NCBI RefSeq assembly: GCF_000092105.1
Contig: NC_014148.1
Coordinates: 1,380,001 to 1,412,000 of the forward strand
DNA length: 32,000 nucleotides
Origin: Planctopirus limnophila DSM 3776
GTDB taxonomy: Bacteria; Planctomycetota; Planctomycetia; Planctomycetales; Planctomycetaceae
Direction: 5' to 3'
Positions 8,950 through 17,354 of the stretch are shown here, one piece after another (position 1 is the stretch's first letter; the number at the start of each line of letters is the position of its first letter). The position numbers and the translations under genes were made by a program. Below the pieces are notes generated by a model. It had not been told where the DNA came from. It made no database searches and saw only the letters and a list, made by a program, of their open reading frames with translations.

Positions 8950-9312
8950 TCAGGAACTGACGCCGATGACCAGACGAATGGCACCACTGCTTTCCTGAAA
9001 TTCCTGCACCGAGTGCCCCTGCCGCCGGGCTTCGAGTGTGGCTTTGGCGACGGCGTAGTGTTGCAGAAAGGCATCCAGTCGCTGGGGATCCCCCCAATGA
9101 CCGAGAAAGTTGTCGTACTGCACTGTCCCGGTTTCTGTTTGACAGACCAGGGGGTATTTCCATTCGGGCAAAGCCACCAGCCAGCCCGTGCATTCGCGAT
9201 TGAACAGACGAGCTGTTCCCTGACGCGGTGCTGCCAGTTGCAGACGTTCACAGGCGTGGTGAATGGCGGCGGCATCTTTGACTTGCGTTTGAATCGTGAC
9301 GAGGTGACTCAT
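8950..9312 (-). CDS. DUF1257-like (Ycf35-like) protein (120 aa)
   Basis: Internal ATG at 9312. MSHLVTIQTQVKDAAAIHHACERL...WKYPLVCQTETGTVQYDNFLGHWGD fits the DUF1257 pattern (MSH-s-i-t-i-d...yDnf-G-WG). Confidence 0.65.
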   Translation of the reverse strand: MSHLVTIQTQVKDAAAIHHACERLQLAAPRQGTARLFNRECTGWLVALPEWKYPLVCQTETGTVQYDNFLGHWGDPQRLDAFLQHYAVAKATLEARRQGHSVQEFQESSGAIRLVIGVSS

Positions 9313-9380
9313 GAAAAGAACTCCTGAGAGAAAGCGGTGTTGGAAAACCTGTGACAATCTGAAACGTACGGTTGGGCTCG

Positions 9381-9890
9381 TCAGCACTCTGGCGAATCCG
9401 CATCATCGATTTGCGTGGCTTCGGTGGGACCGGTCAGTCGTGATGGGGGACTGTGTGAGAGAGGTGCTGCCGGGCGTGCTTCCAAACGCAACACGGGAGA
9501 GTCTGGAGTCGCCAATTGGGCTTCGAGGAGCACCTCGGCGAGAAGTTCATCCGGGGAAGTCGAGGTTGAGGTTCGCAGCAGCATCCAGCAGAGTGCGAGT
9601 GGTGTCACACAGAGTGCCAGTTCGCCGACGCGGAGAATGGCCGCCGCAATCACAGGATCGCGCACGCGGGCAGTGGCCCACTCGGCACGTTCCCGTTCGA
9701 GCGTATCACGTTGTCGAAAGAGTTCCTGGCGCTCCTGCATCCAGGTCTGCTGGAGTTCCGCCAGTCGGCGATTCTGTTCAGCCTGAGTGTGAAGTGCTTC
9801 CCGAGCGGGAATGGAGCTTTCGGGGGTGTGGCAACTCGGGAGGAAGAGAGACAGCAGGAATCCGAGAATCAGCAGCAGGTACCACGGCAT
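9381..9890 (-). CDS. Secreted or lipoprotein-like coiled-coil protein with internal TM segment
   Basis: ATG at 9890 is preceded by GGAG (plus-strand ctcc at 9898-9901). MPWYLLLILGFLLSLFLPSCHT looks like a signal peptide with a possible lipobox Cys. An ERQELFRQRDTLERERAEW coiled-coil segment follows. Confidence 0.55.
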   Translation of the reverse strand: MPWYLLLILGFLLSLFLPSCHTPESSIPAREALHTQAEQNRRLAELQQTWMQERQELFRQRDTLERERAEWATARVRDPVIAAAILRVGELALCVTPLALCWMLLRTSTSTSPDELLAEVLLEAQLATPDSPVLRLEARPAAPLSHSPPSRLTGPTEATQIDDADSPEC

Positions 9891-10020
9891 CGGGTTTCTC
9901 CTTGATGGAGGACAAGCGAGCAACCACCTGCTGCCAACCACGGCGCAGACGTCGCTCACGTAGAATGATCAGACAGGCCAGTACCAGTGCGGCACTGCAT
10001 AAACCGAGAATTGCAGACAT
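9778..10020 (-). CDS. Possible small TM protein, first gene of the minus-strand cluster
   Basis: ATG at 10020 has a strong AGGAG 8 nt upstream. MSAILGLCSAALVLACLIILRERRLRR is a TM helix followed by a positive patch. However, its 3' part overlaps the next gene by about 110 nt and looks non-protein-like. Confidence 0.3.
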   Translation of the reverse strand: MSAILGLCSAALVLACLIILRERRLRRGWQQVVARLSSIKEKPDAVVPAADSRIPAVSLPPELPHPRKLHSRSGSTSHSG

Positions 10021-10100
10021 TAGCTAAGCTCCTTTCTGACGAGGGAATTGAAGGACACCTGCGCGGAGTGCGCAGGCAGGTCACGGCTCTGCGAGCCACG

Positions 10101-10128
10101 TTCTGTGCGCAGTGTGTTGCGCACAGAA
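10101..10128. promoter_or_regulatory. Perfect 11-bp inverted repeat TTCTGTGCGCA-N6-TGCGCACAGAA upstream of the minus-strand cluster (candidate operator)
   Basis: Read directly. Related GC palindromes occur nearby: CCTGCGC-N5-GCGCAGG at 10058-10076 and GCGCAC-a-GTGCGC at 10336-10348. Confidence 0.4.
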
Positions 10129-10970
10129 TGTGGCGCGATGCATGGTCATTTCCGACAGCTGAGAGCGCACGAATCGACGCGCTCAAAACGGACGTGCAAT
10201 GGGAAAAAAGGGCGTTAGATGTCGAAAAAATGAGTCGGCCACAGTTAGCCGGAATCTCGCACACCCTTTCTGACGCAAAAACGCGGTTTTTTTAGGAAAG
10301 TGCCGTGTTCGAGGTCCGGAGGGGCTCTGGAGCGCGCGCACAGTGCGCACACGGCCAGCACTCACTCACCGACGAAAGATCAGATGGCCGCTCAATTTGA
10401 CGTTTTCCAGCAACTTTTCGTGTGTTGGGAGGATTGCGGAGTCTGGTCTCCAAACTCTGGGTGGTAATCGTCGGTCTCTGGAGAAGGCTCAACAGGAGCT
10501 GTGACACTCCCGTCCTGCAGCCAGCACGTCATCCAGAGATCTGTGGGAGCCAGATGACTCCAGTCGAATGGCAGCGACTCCGATTAACGACAGTGTGATC
10601 ACTCCAACAGAAGAGCTGATCCCTGCAAAACCACTGGTTTTTACGATGAAAATGTCAGTCGTGCTGAAGACCAGAAACGGGCCTTCGAGAACAACTGGAC
10701 CGCTTTGTATGGAACAGTGGGATTTCCATGGCCAACCGGATGTGTCGTAACGCCGCGTGGCTGCGGATTTTGGATTCGTTCTTTTTTATAGACAAACGCA
10801 AGCCTACGTCTTTCGGCAGAGCGGCAGTAAATCGCAGACTAGGTGAAAAGTGAAGGGGGTGCGAACATTACATAGGATCAATGAGGTTCAAGAATTTCGG
10901 GCATAACATCAATTGGAAGAAAAATTTTTAGCACGAATCTACGAAAACGCCATGTGAAAACTCGAAGGCT

Positions 10971-11060
10971 GATCCGCAACTCCTCTGCCCAGATCCGTGG
11001 CGATCCGTGACGAACGCCGTGTGAGTCGATGTTTCTCGGTCCGCGTTGAAGTTTGATCCG
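10971..11060. repeat. Cluster of four GATCCG words (iteron-like)
   Basis: GATCCG occurs at 10971, 10992, 11002 and 11055. The two central copies form GATCCGTG-gc-GATCCGTG. Confidence 0.5.
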
Positions 11061-12362
11061 CGCTATTACGGGTTGTGCGGGAGAGATTTTTCGGACACTC
11101 AGGAGTTTGAGTGCAAGCGGCGAGTGTCGAATTCTCAGTCCTTTGTTTCCAGAAGCGAGTTTCCAGATCTGAACTCTGATTGCGGAATTTTTGGTCGGAG
11201 ATTTTGAGAGTTGGAATTCGAGGCCTGAGTTCCTTGTGTAGAAGATCACTCAGTCAAGCCGTCGATGCCATGTGCTGAGGTAAACAATCATGGTGTTTGG
11301 ATCGGCGCAAAAGTCACTGAGGTTTCACGAGCGCACATCGAACACGCAGTGGCCACCATTGGTATCTCATTAACCATGTCGCTGTTCAAACAGAGATCTG
11401 AAAAATGATCCCTATGGACACCAGACTTCAAAGAGACTCTTGAGGAGATGATTTTCAGAAAATGGGACTCAACAAACCCAGTCCACATTCGGATCAGGTT
11501 TCAGAGACGATTTTCGAATGCTCGTCGTTGTGAGAGTCGTCTTTGATCTTCTCGAAGTTTCTGTCGTCTCGATTCCCAGATGCAGGTGCTGATCAAGGCA
11601 TCGGAGCATTTTGAGGCGCCTGACAGCATCGACTGCCTGCTCTCCCAAAAAATGGATTGTTGTGCCAGGTGAGTCGCCTGATTCTCACGATGTCGCAGCT
11701 CTTAAGAAATCGCTCCAAAATCAATGGGTAGTCAGGGTAGTACGTTTGGCCGTCCAGGCCGTCCATTGTGCCTCAGGGGGCATTTTCAGAGCGCTGGCGA
11801 GCAAGTTTTTCACATAGAGTCATGTTTGTGGAACTCAAACGCTCGTTCAGGGGTCTGACGGCGGTCAGCTCGGTGGTCAGACACAATGGCAGAGAGTCTT
11901 CAAACATGATGTCAGACGAGCTGATGTCTGACAGGAAATTCGAACTGTCGTTCAGAAAACTTGTGCTGAAACAGTCCAGCCTGTGTCGTCAATTTTTCGG
12001 CTCTTGAAGAGTCCAGAACTTCAGAAGACCAATCATCGATTCTAAATGTTGATCTTCCGTGACGAAGTGAAGTTCGCAAAATCGTGAGCATCCAGAATCA
12101 TCACTTCGAAATTCTTTGTGCAAACCTTCTCTCGCAGTTTGAGCAGCAGAATCAGCACGCAGACATACAGCTTTGAAAAACTTCGTTGTGAGCGGTGATG
12201 AGAATTCGATTTGTGACAAGATTCTCAGACATGGTCAGCGCGATCTTTTTCAGAAAAAGATCTGGCTGTCGATCGTTCTTCAGAACATGTTCTTTCAGTG
12301 TCACCAATTTGTCAGTTTCACCAAGTTTTGAAATGCAGTTGAGTGCGAGTGGTGCTCACCTG

Positions 12363-12392
12363 CGACTGCGCAGAAAACTTTCTGCGCAGTCG
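12363..12392. repeat. Perfect 14-bp inverted repeat CGACTGCGCAGAAA-ac-TTTCTGCGCAGTCG
   Basis: Read directly. It contains two copies of the self-complementary octamer CTGCGCAG spaced 16 bp centre to centre. Confidence 0.9.
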
Positions 12393-12875
12393 AAAATCTG
12401 CAGCACGAAAAAACGTCAGAACAAGAACTGGCAGTGCTGAAACTTTTTTCTCGGGAAAACTTTTGCATGAACAGATCTCAGTGAGAAGTTGCTCAGTCGC
12501 GAAACTTGGGAACGTAATCATCAACCTTGAGAGAAAGACACTTCAGAATGCTCAGCCGCAGAATCTGGCATTCGAATGAGTTGGCATCATGATCGCCGAG
12601 ATATTTCTGATTTGAACAGACTCAGTCATGAATTAGCGAATGTCAGTCGCAAAAGTATCAGTTCAGAACAACTGACTGACTGTCTTAGAAAAATCAGACG
12701 GAAATCTCTCGAAAGAACAACAGCCTTCGAAAAGAAAACCAGCTCGAAAGAGAACTTGGAGAACTCTTCAAAACTGGAAACGAAAACGATTTCTAAATTG
12801 CAAGCGAAGCGAAGCAAAACACCGCGAAAACGCGAGCGGTAGCGAAGCGTTTTTGCGCAACGCCGACGTCGACGG

Positions 12876-12912
12876 CACCTTTCTCCTCACCTGAAAGGGG
12901 AGGAGAAAGGTG
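12876..12912. repeat. Strong hairpin: 13-bp perfect stem CACCTTTCTCCTC / GAGGAGAAAGGTG
   Basis: Read directly. The 11-nt loop can extend the stem (CC/GG) to leave about a 5-nt loop. No T-run follows on either strand, so it is not a classic terminator. Confidence 0.85.
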
Positions 12913-13000
12913 TCAAAACATTGACCAAACCACCAAATAAGATTCGAAAATCGATTCCGCTGGTTTTTGCTGTTTTTACGACACAGTTTTTGACAAAAAG

Positions 13001-13042
13001 ACGGAACACTGGAAATGATTTCGGTGTTCCGTTTCTGTTTTT
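13001..13042 (+). terminator. Terminator/attenuator-like hairpin abutting the RBS of the 13057 gene
   Basis: ACGGAACAC / GTGTTCCGT 9-bp stem with a 14-nt loop, followed by TTCTGTTTTT. Immediately after come GAGGAG (13043-13048) and GTG at 13057. Confidence 0.4.
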
Positions 13043-13056
13043 GAGGAGTGAATTCT

Positions 13057-14091
13057 GTGATTGAGAGCGACAAATCTTGGTTTGATTTCGATGACGACGA
13101 CGATGATCTGGACTGGTCGGTTATGGGGAAACCGATACCGCAGAAAGTTTCCAAAAAACAGGAGATTGAGAAGGAGTTGCAGGCATCCTGGGGGCGTTAT
13201 GGGTTTAGAAATCCATATCCCAGCAGTGACCTCGTGAAAGAATGGCAGTCGGTTGCTTACAGCGTGCTCGACGAGATCTGGCGATTGTGCGACAGCTACT
13301 GGCAGTATGACTTCACGCGATTGCGTGTCCGCCATAAATTGGCAGCCGCCGGAATCCTTCAAGCTCGACGCCTTTATGACATTCAAAAAATCGATCCAGA
13401 GTTTACCGGTGAGGTGTTTCTCAACCGTTATCATTGTTCGCCGCCAGGGCGACGCTCGCGTCTACAACAGTTAAGTTGCCATCAGAAATGGTTTTGCCCG
13501 TACTGCTGTCTTGCGTCTGCTCTTCGCAGTTATGGACTATGGGTGACAAGATTGCCGAATCGCAAAAATGGCGTGCTTGCCTACTATCAAGAAGATTTCC
13601 GTTATGACGGAGTCACAGCGAAGACAGCCGCAGAAACTTTTGATTTCACACTGTTGCAGTACCCTTATCGCTTGCGCATGCGGAAAGGACACCCCACAGC
13701 TGCGATGACCTGGTGTACCTTGTACCCTGTAGAATCCGGCAATACGCGGCATAAAGAATGCCCGGATCGTTTAACCGGTAATTGGGCTGGCGAGCGTCGT
13801 TACCTGTTGTTTTATCCTTCAGACGTCGACATGAAGCTGCCGAGAAATGACCGCATGTATTTGAAGAATTACGACTGGTTTTCCACAAAAGTTCTGGCGC
13901 GTTATGTCGGCAAAGTCTGTCAGTTTCGACGTAACTTGTTGGCAAAACGTTTCGCTCCCAACCTGGCAGCCCTTTATCGGCTGAAGAGAGATCCGCGACA
14001 TCGGTGTGTTGGCTCTCATTATCCGTTCAATGTGCATTCGCACTACGGCGAGCTTCGATCCAAATTTGATAACCCGGAATGGACCTTCTGA
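13057..14091 (+). CDS. Orphan hypothetical protein with N-terminal poly-Asp run and CxxxxxCPxCC knuckle
   Basis: ORF 13048..14091. The GTG at 13057 has GAGGAG 8 nt upstream. Features: FDFDDDDDDLDW, CHQKWFCPYCC, Tyr/Arg-rich. No family recognised. Confidence 0.55.
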   Translation: MIESDKSWFDFDDDDDDLDWSVMGKPIPQKVSKKQEIEKELQASWGRYGFRNPYPSSDLVKEWQSVAYSVLDEIWRLCDSYWQYDFTRLRVRHKLAAAGILQARRLYDIQKIDPEFTGEVFLNRYHCSPPGRRSRLQQLSCHQKWFCPYCCLASALRSYGLWVTRLPNRKNGVLAYYQEDFRYDGVTAKTAAETFDFTLLQYPYRLRMRKGHPTAAMTWCTLYPVESGNTRHKECPDRLTGNWAGERRYLLFYPSDVDMKLPRNDRMYLKNYDWFSTKVLARYVGKVCQFRRNLLAKRFAPNLAALYRLKRDPRHRCVGSHYPFNVHSHYGELRSKFDNPEWTF

Positions 14092-16360
14092 AAAACAAAA
14101 CAGCATCAGGGCAGATGCCACGCAACGCCGTTCAAGATTTTAGCAGGTGTTGAGCGGGTTTACGTTGGGCTTTTGCCAGGGGTTTCAAGGGGAGTGGGAA
14201 GTGGCTGCCGTTGATGTGGCCATGGCTGCGATTTCTTACTCCCTTTCCGGCGGTATTCATTTTTCAAAGCCTTGTTCGACACCGATTTTCAGCAGTCGGT
14301 CAGACTCTCAGGGATCTCTCGGTCGTCCTTGAGAATTCTCAGAAGTATTCGCTGTGAGGCTGCAGGAGACCAGCGGTAGAGTTTCTGACGTGCTTCGCGC
14401 AGTTCCAGCCGACTTTTCAGTCGCGACAGCCAGTATCCCGAGTGGTACTTGAGTCTTGTAACTCAGGCTCTCCCGATGGGTCACTTCTCTTACGCAGCCT
14501 GCATCTGCATCGCATCACCCGCCATTATGAGTCATCAACGGTGTTGGGTGCCGCCAGATTCTGCACAGAAGACGGATGGACTTCCGAAGTGACTTCTCAA
14601 AGACAAAATTCTGCGGGGAGCCAGGCCTGCGGACCCCGTCTTCGTACATCGCGAACCAACGAGTGCAGCCATGTCGCGGATCTTTTTTTTGCTCTTGGTG
14701 ACTGAGTCCCTAATGGGTCACCGCGGGCAGATGTTCTGTCCAGTTCAAAAAGTGTCGGCCTGAAAGCCAAGGACAAACATCATCCACTTCCCAAGAGAGC
14801 AAGCGAGTGATGCATCTCGTTTCTGATGGAGGAGAAAAAGCTCAAACACGTTCTCTCAGAGACAATGCGTGGCCCCACCTGACCTTTCAGGAAAAGCTCG
14901 CGTGGAACGAAGTACGATCAGGAGTCGCAGGGATTGATACACGCATCTGTTTTCTGTGTGTCAGAATGCTGAGTAATCGAGGTAGAAAGCTTCTTTAATA
15001 TTAAAGGAGTGTTATTCCTGTTGTAGAGGTCGTTTTCAAAGCCACTGAGAGGCAAGAAAAACAGCTTCTCACCGAGACGACAAAGTGGTTGAAGACGTCA
15101 TTCCAAGAGGTGTCTGATAAATACAGAGCTTATCATCCGAAGTCTGGGGTGAGATTCTCCGTAGAGTATGGGCCAGAAGTGGAGTTCAATCTGCCGGGGA
15201 ACGAGTCGCGTGAAGGGTCGGGAATTCGAAGATGACCTCTTAGTGGGAGCATTTGCGGATCAGAGAGAATAGAGTTCAAGAAAACTTCCCCAGGCGAGTC
15301 ACTCCGCAGTCGAGAGAGGTGTTATTGTGGGCGGAGTTTGGCAAAGGAATGATTGGGGGCGACAAGAATCCGCGAGTCAGTCCCTTTGACGAAAGGTTCT
15401 GCGAGTGAAGAGTGGACGTTCGCATGCCAGGGTGCGATTGGGATCAAACGGGGGAAGCCCGTAAGCGCGAGTCAGACAACATGTTTGGCGACGGGCTAGG
15501 ATGCCGAGAGGAAATCACTCATCCAGAGTCGATTTCCCAGACGCTGCCCGTGTTGAAGATCAAAGCATCGAAGGCGCGTGAGGTTGTCAGGCAATACTCG
15601 CAAATTCTCGGCAAGTTGACACCGCTTTTCCAGCACATGATTCAAAGAACGCTCGAAGCCCAAGCACCTGAGGCTGGCAATTCTCAGTGAGCATTCATTC
15701 CTCAACGGTTCTTCTGCGGAGATGTTTCCTGAGGTTTTAGGGGGTATCAGGGAGCCACGAGCGACACTGGGTAAGAAAATGACCGCTCTGGCCATAGTGC
15801 TTTGCCGAAGTGCAGACATTGTTTCGGAGTACTGGAGTACGAGCAGTCCGTGCTAGAGAGCATCAAGATCCGATTTGATTGACCGGCTTATAAGGGACGC
15901 AATCAGAGAAGTCGTTGAGACCCGATCGGAGCATTACCGTGGAGAATAAAATCAGGCTCTGTAATTGTAAGCTGTCGAATGAAGAGTGGCAGCGTGGAGT
16001 CCGAGAACATCAGAAATAGTGATGCAACTTGCGTGCATCTACGTTAGATCCCACATCTCTTGAGCTGAAATTCTATTGTCGAGATACGCTGATCTGCGGC
16101 TGATTCTCTTTCTCTAGAACGCATGGTTTTGAGTTGAAATGCAGTAAATGATGCATTTCGGAAAGGTTCACAGCTCAATGAAATGATGCGAAAAGTAGGG
16201 CGAAGTGATCAAGAAAACAAAAAAGCTATTGCGCAGGGAGTGCTTCTCGTAAAATAGATAGATCTGCCTCAAAAGGAGATAGGTTGACGGTTCAATAGAT
16301 GGTCCGTCAGCTTGCGAAAACGGATTCAATGTCAGATTAGTGATGAGCCAGGAGGGAACG

Positions 16361-16708
16361 ATGGAAGACAGTTTGGGACGCCCACTGACATTTTCTGAAT
16401 TAAAAAAGGAGATTGAGAGAGTTTATGGAGTGAAATTGCATTTAGGGACACTCCATCGCTGGCGGACTAGAGGAGTTCGCGGGAGATTTTTAAATGCCTG
16501 GAGATGTGGGGGACGCTGGATGTCGTCTCTCGTCGATGTGCGGATGATGATGGAACCTTGTGTTCCCGAATCTCCAAACAATGTCATGCCTCATTTGGAT
16601 ATGTCGCGCGTCGACAGAGAGTTTGACCGTCAAAAACGATGGCGGGTTCTCTATGTCCAGAGTGAGCTTGTCAATCGATTTCAGTTTCCACCCGAAAAGA
16701 CAATCTAA
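16361..16708 (+). CDS. Small HTH DNA-binding protein (excisionase/AlpA-like; reminiscent of planctomycete DUF1580 proteins)
   Basis: ATG at 16361 is preceded by AGGAGG (16350-16355). The motif LTFSELKKEIERVYGVKLHLGTLHRWRTRGVRGRFLNAWRCGGRWMSS is typical of small MerR/excisionase-type HTH proteins. Confidence 0.55.
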   Translation: MEDSLGRPLTFSELKKEIERVYGVKLHLGTLHRWRTRGVRGRFLNAWRCGGRWMSSLVDVRMMMEPCVPESPNNVMPHLDMSRVDREFDRQKRWRVLYVQSELVNRFQFPPEKTI

Positions 16709-16768
16709 AGGCATCGGTCTAATGTTTCCTGCCATGAAGTGGCAGAGAGCCCCTTAGGCCGAATCGGC

Positions 16769-16810
16769 CTGTTAATCTTTAGGTTCTTGGTTCGAATCCA
16801 AGTCGGGGAG
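16769..16810 (+). pseudogene. tRNA 3' half (anticodon loop CTGTTAA, so Asn GTT-like, through T-arm and acceptor 3' strand); no 5' half
   Basis: CTGTTAA-TCTTT-AGGTT-CTTGG-TTCGAAT-CCAAG-TCGGGGA-G has a canonical T-arm (GGTTCGAATCC), a 7-nt acceptor 3' strand and discriminator G. The complementary 5' acceptor TCCCCGA and a D-arm are absent upstream. Confidence 0.5.
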
Positions 16811-16858
16811 CTTTCGTCAAAATTCGAACTTTGGCGACCAAAAGACTTAACGCCCGGC

Positions 16859-16900
16859 GTCGAGAGATCGACCGCCGGGCGTTTTTCGTTTCTACCCAGT
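16859..16900 (+). terminator. Rho-independent terminator
   Basis: AACGCCCGGCGTCGA / TCGACCGCCGGGCGTT long GC stem with one bulge and a 4-nt loop, followed by TTTTCGTTT. Confidence 0.7.
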
Positions 16901-17130
16901 TTTTCGCGGGTTTCCAACGCTTTTCGCGTTCCGCCGGTCCAATCCGCCGCGCTCTCTGTTTGCAGAGAGATTTCCGTCTCTCGAACGCAACCTTCAAGGT
17001 TGCACCCGCCGGTGCGAAAAATCGGTCCCGAACTCTCTGACTCTCTCTTTTCGGGGGCCTCCAGAGTTAACGCAGAGTTCTCGTTCGGAGTCCGGATGAG
17101 AATGCATTCGAACACTCGACATCGTTCGGA

Positions 17131-17159
17131 ATGACAGCAAATGCGTCTCGCGATACAAT
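17131..17159 (+). promoter_or_regulatory. Candidate sigma70-like promoter for the three-gene operon
   Basis: ATGACA-17 nt-TACAAT, about 195 nt upstream of the ATG at 17355. Planctomycete promoter rules are poorly known, so this is weak. Confidence 0.25.
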
Positions 17160-17354
17160 TTAGAAAGCTATTGCATTTGTTAACGCATCAGCCCCTCATG
17201 CGTTCGCAAGGCTCAGGTCTGTGACGATCTGTTTTGGCCTGAACGACAACCTGCAAGGAGGTCCCCTGTCAGCAACGTGCTGTTGGCCCGCAATTCGGCC
17301 ATCACGAGCGAGAAGGGGGTGTTTTCAATAACCAGAATTTAGGACGGACGCTTG

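Noticed and set aside
9311-10027. 238-aa plus-strand ORF antisense to the lipoprotein-like gene (6152..6823 and 7002..7649, antisense to other minus-strand genes, are similar)
   Set aside because: These are Arg-rich antisense shadows of well-supported minus-strand genes. They have no RBS and no motifs.
10641-10665. Possible distal att repeat (ATGAAAATGTC) resembling the ATGAAAAATGTC next to the tRNA-Arg 3' end
   Set aside because: Only about 11 nt are similar, with an indel, and the match does not extend into tRNA sequence. This is within chance expectation.
10878-12842. Short ORFs on both strands of the 10.9-12.8 kb stretch (for example 10878..11249, 11989..12219, 12576..12842)
   Set aside because: They have no ribosome-binding sites and implausible or low-complexity translations, and both strands carry equally long ORFs. 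The stretch is treated as non-coding or decayed.
13057-14091. Calling the 344-aa orphan a rolling-circle replication initiator (Rep_1/pC194-like)
   Set aside because: Only the Cys knuckle (CHQKWFCPYC) is reminiscent of these proteins. The one HxH candidate (NVHSHYG) lies 15 aa from the C-terminus, with no downstream catalytic Tyr motif. The Rep call is therefore unsupported.
14330-14500. Minus-strand frame reading ...KYHSGYWLSRLKSRLELREARQKLYRWSPAASQRILLRILKDDREIPESLTDC*
   Set aside because: It looks like the C-terminal end of a real protein but has no start codon after the upstream stop. It is probably another decayed gene fragment, and no family was recognised.
15004-15235. Open frame with a protein-like translation (VIPVVEVVFKATERQEKQLLTETTKWLKTSFQEVSDKYRAYHPKSGVRFSVEYGPEVEFNLPG...) right after an AAAGGAG word
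   Set aside because: There is no ATG, GTG or TTG start between the upstream TAA and the body; only an ATT sits at the right distance. It may be a gene fragment or a rare ATT-initiated gene, but I cannot support a CDS call.
10300-16340. Possible CRISPR array or other regular repeat-spacer structure in the gene-poor island DNA
   Set aside because: No direct repeat of 24-40 nt recurs with regular spacing. Only isolated short palindromes and one cluster of 6-mers are present, and no cas genes are in the window.
16741-16810. A complete tRNA (or tmRNA) gene ending at the GGTTCGAATCC T-arm
   Set aside because: The 5' acceptor strand complementary to TCGGGGA and a D-arm are absent upstream. The anticodon stem cannot be paired (TCGGC against TCTTT). 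A tmRNA would need a GGGG... 5' end pairing with the 3' end. It was therefore called a 3' half fragment only.
16705-17115. 136-aa minus-strand ORF
   Set aside because: It runs antisense through the tRNA-like fragment and the GC-rich terminator hairpin, has no RBS and has odd composition. It is likely spurious.
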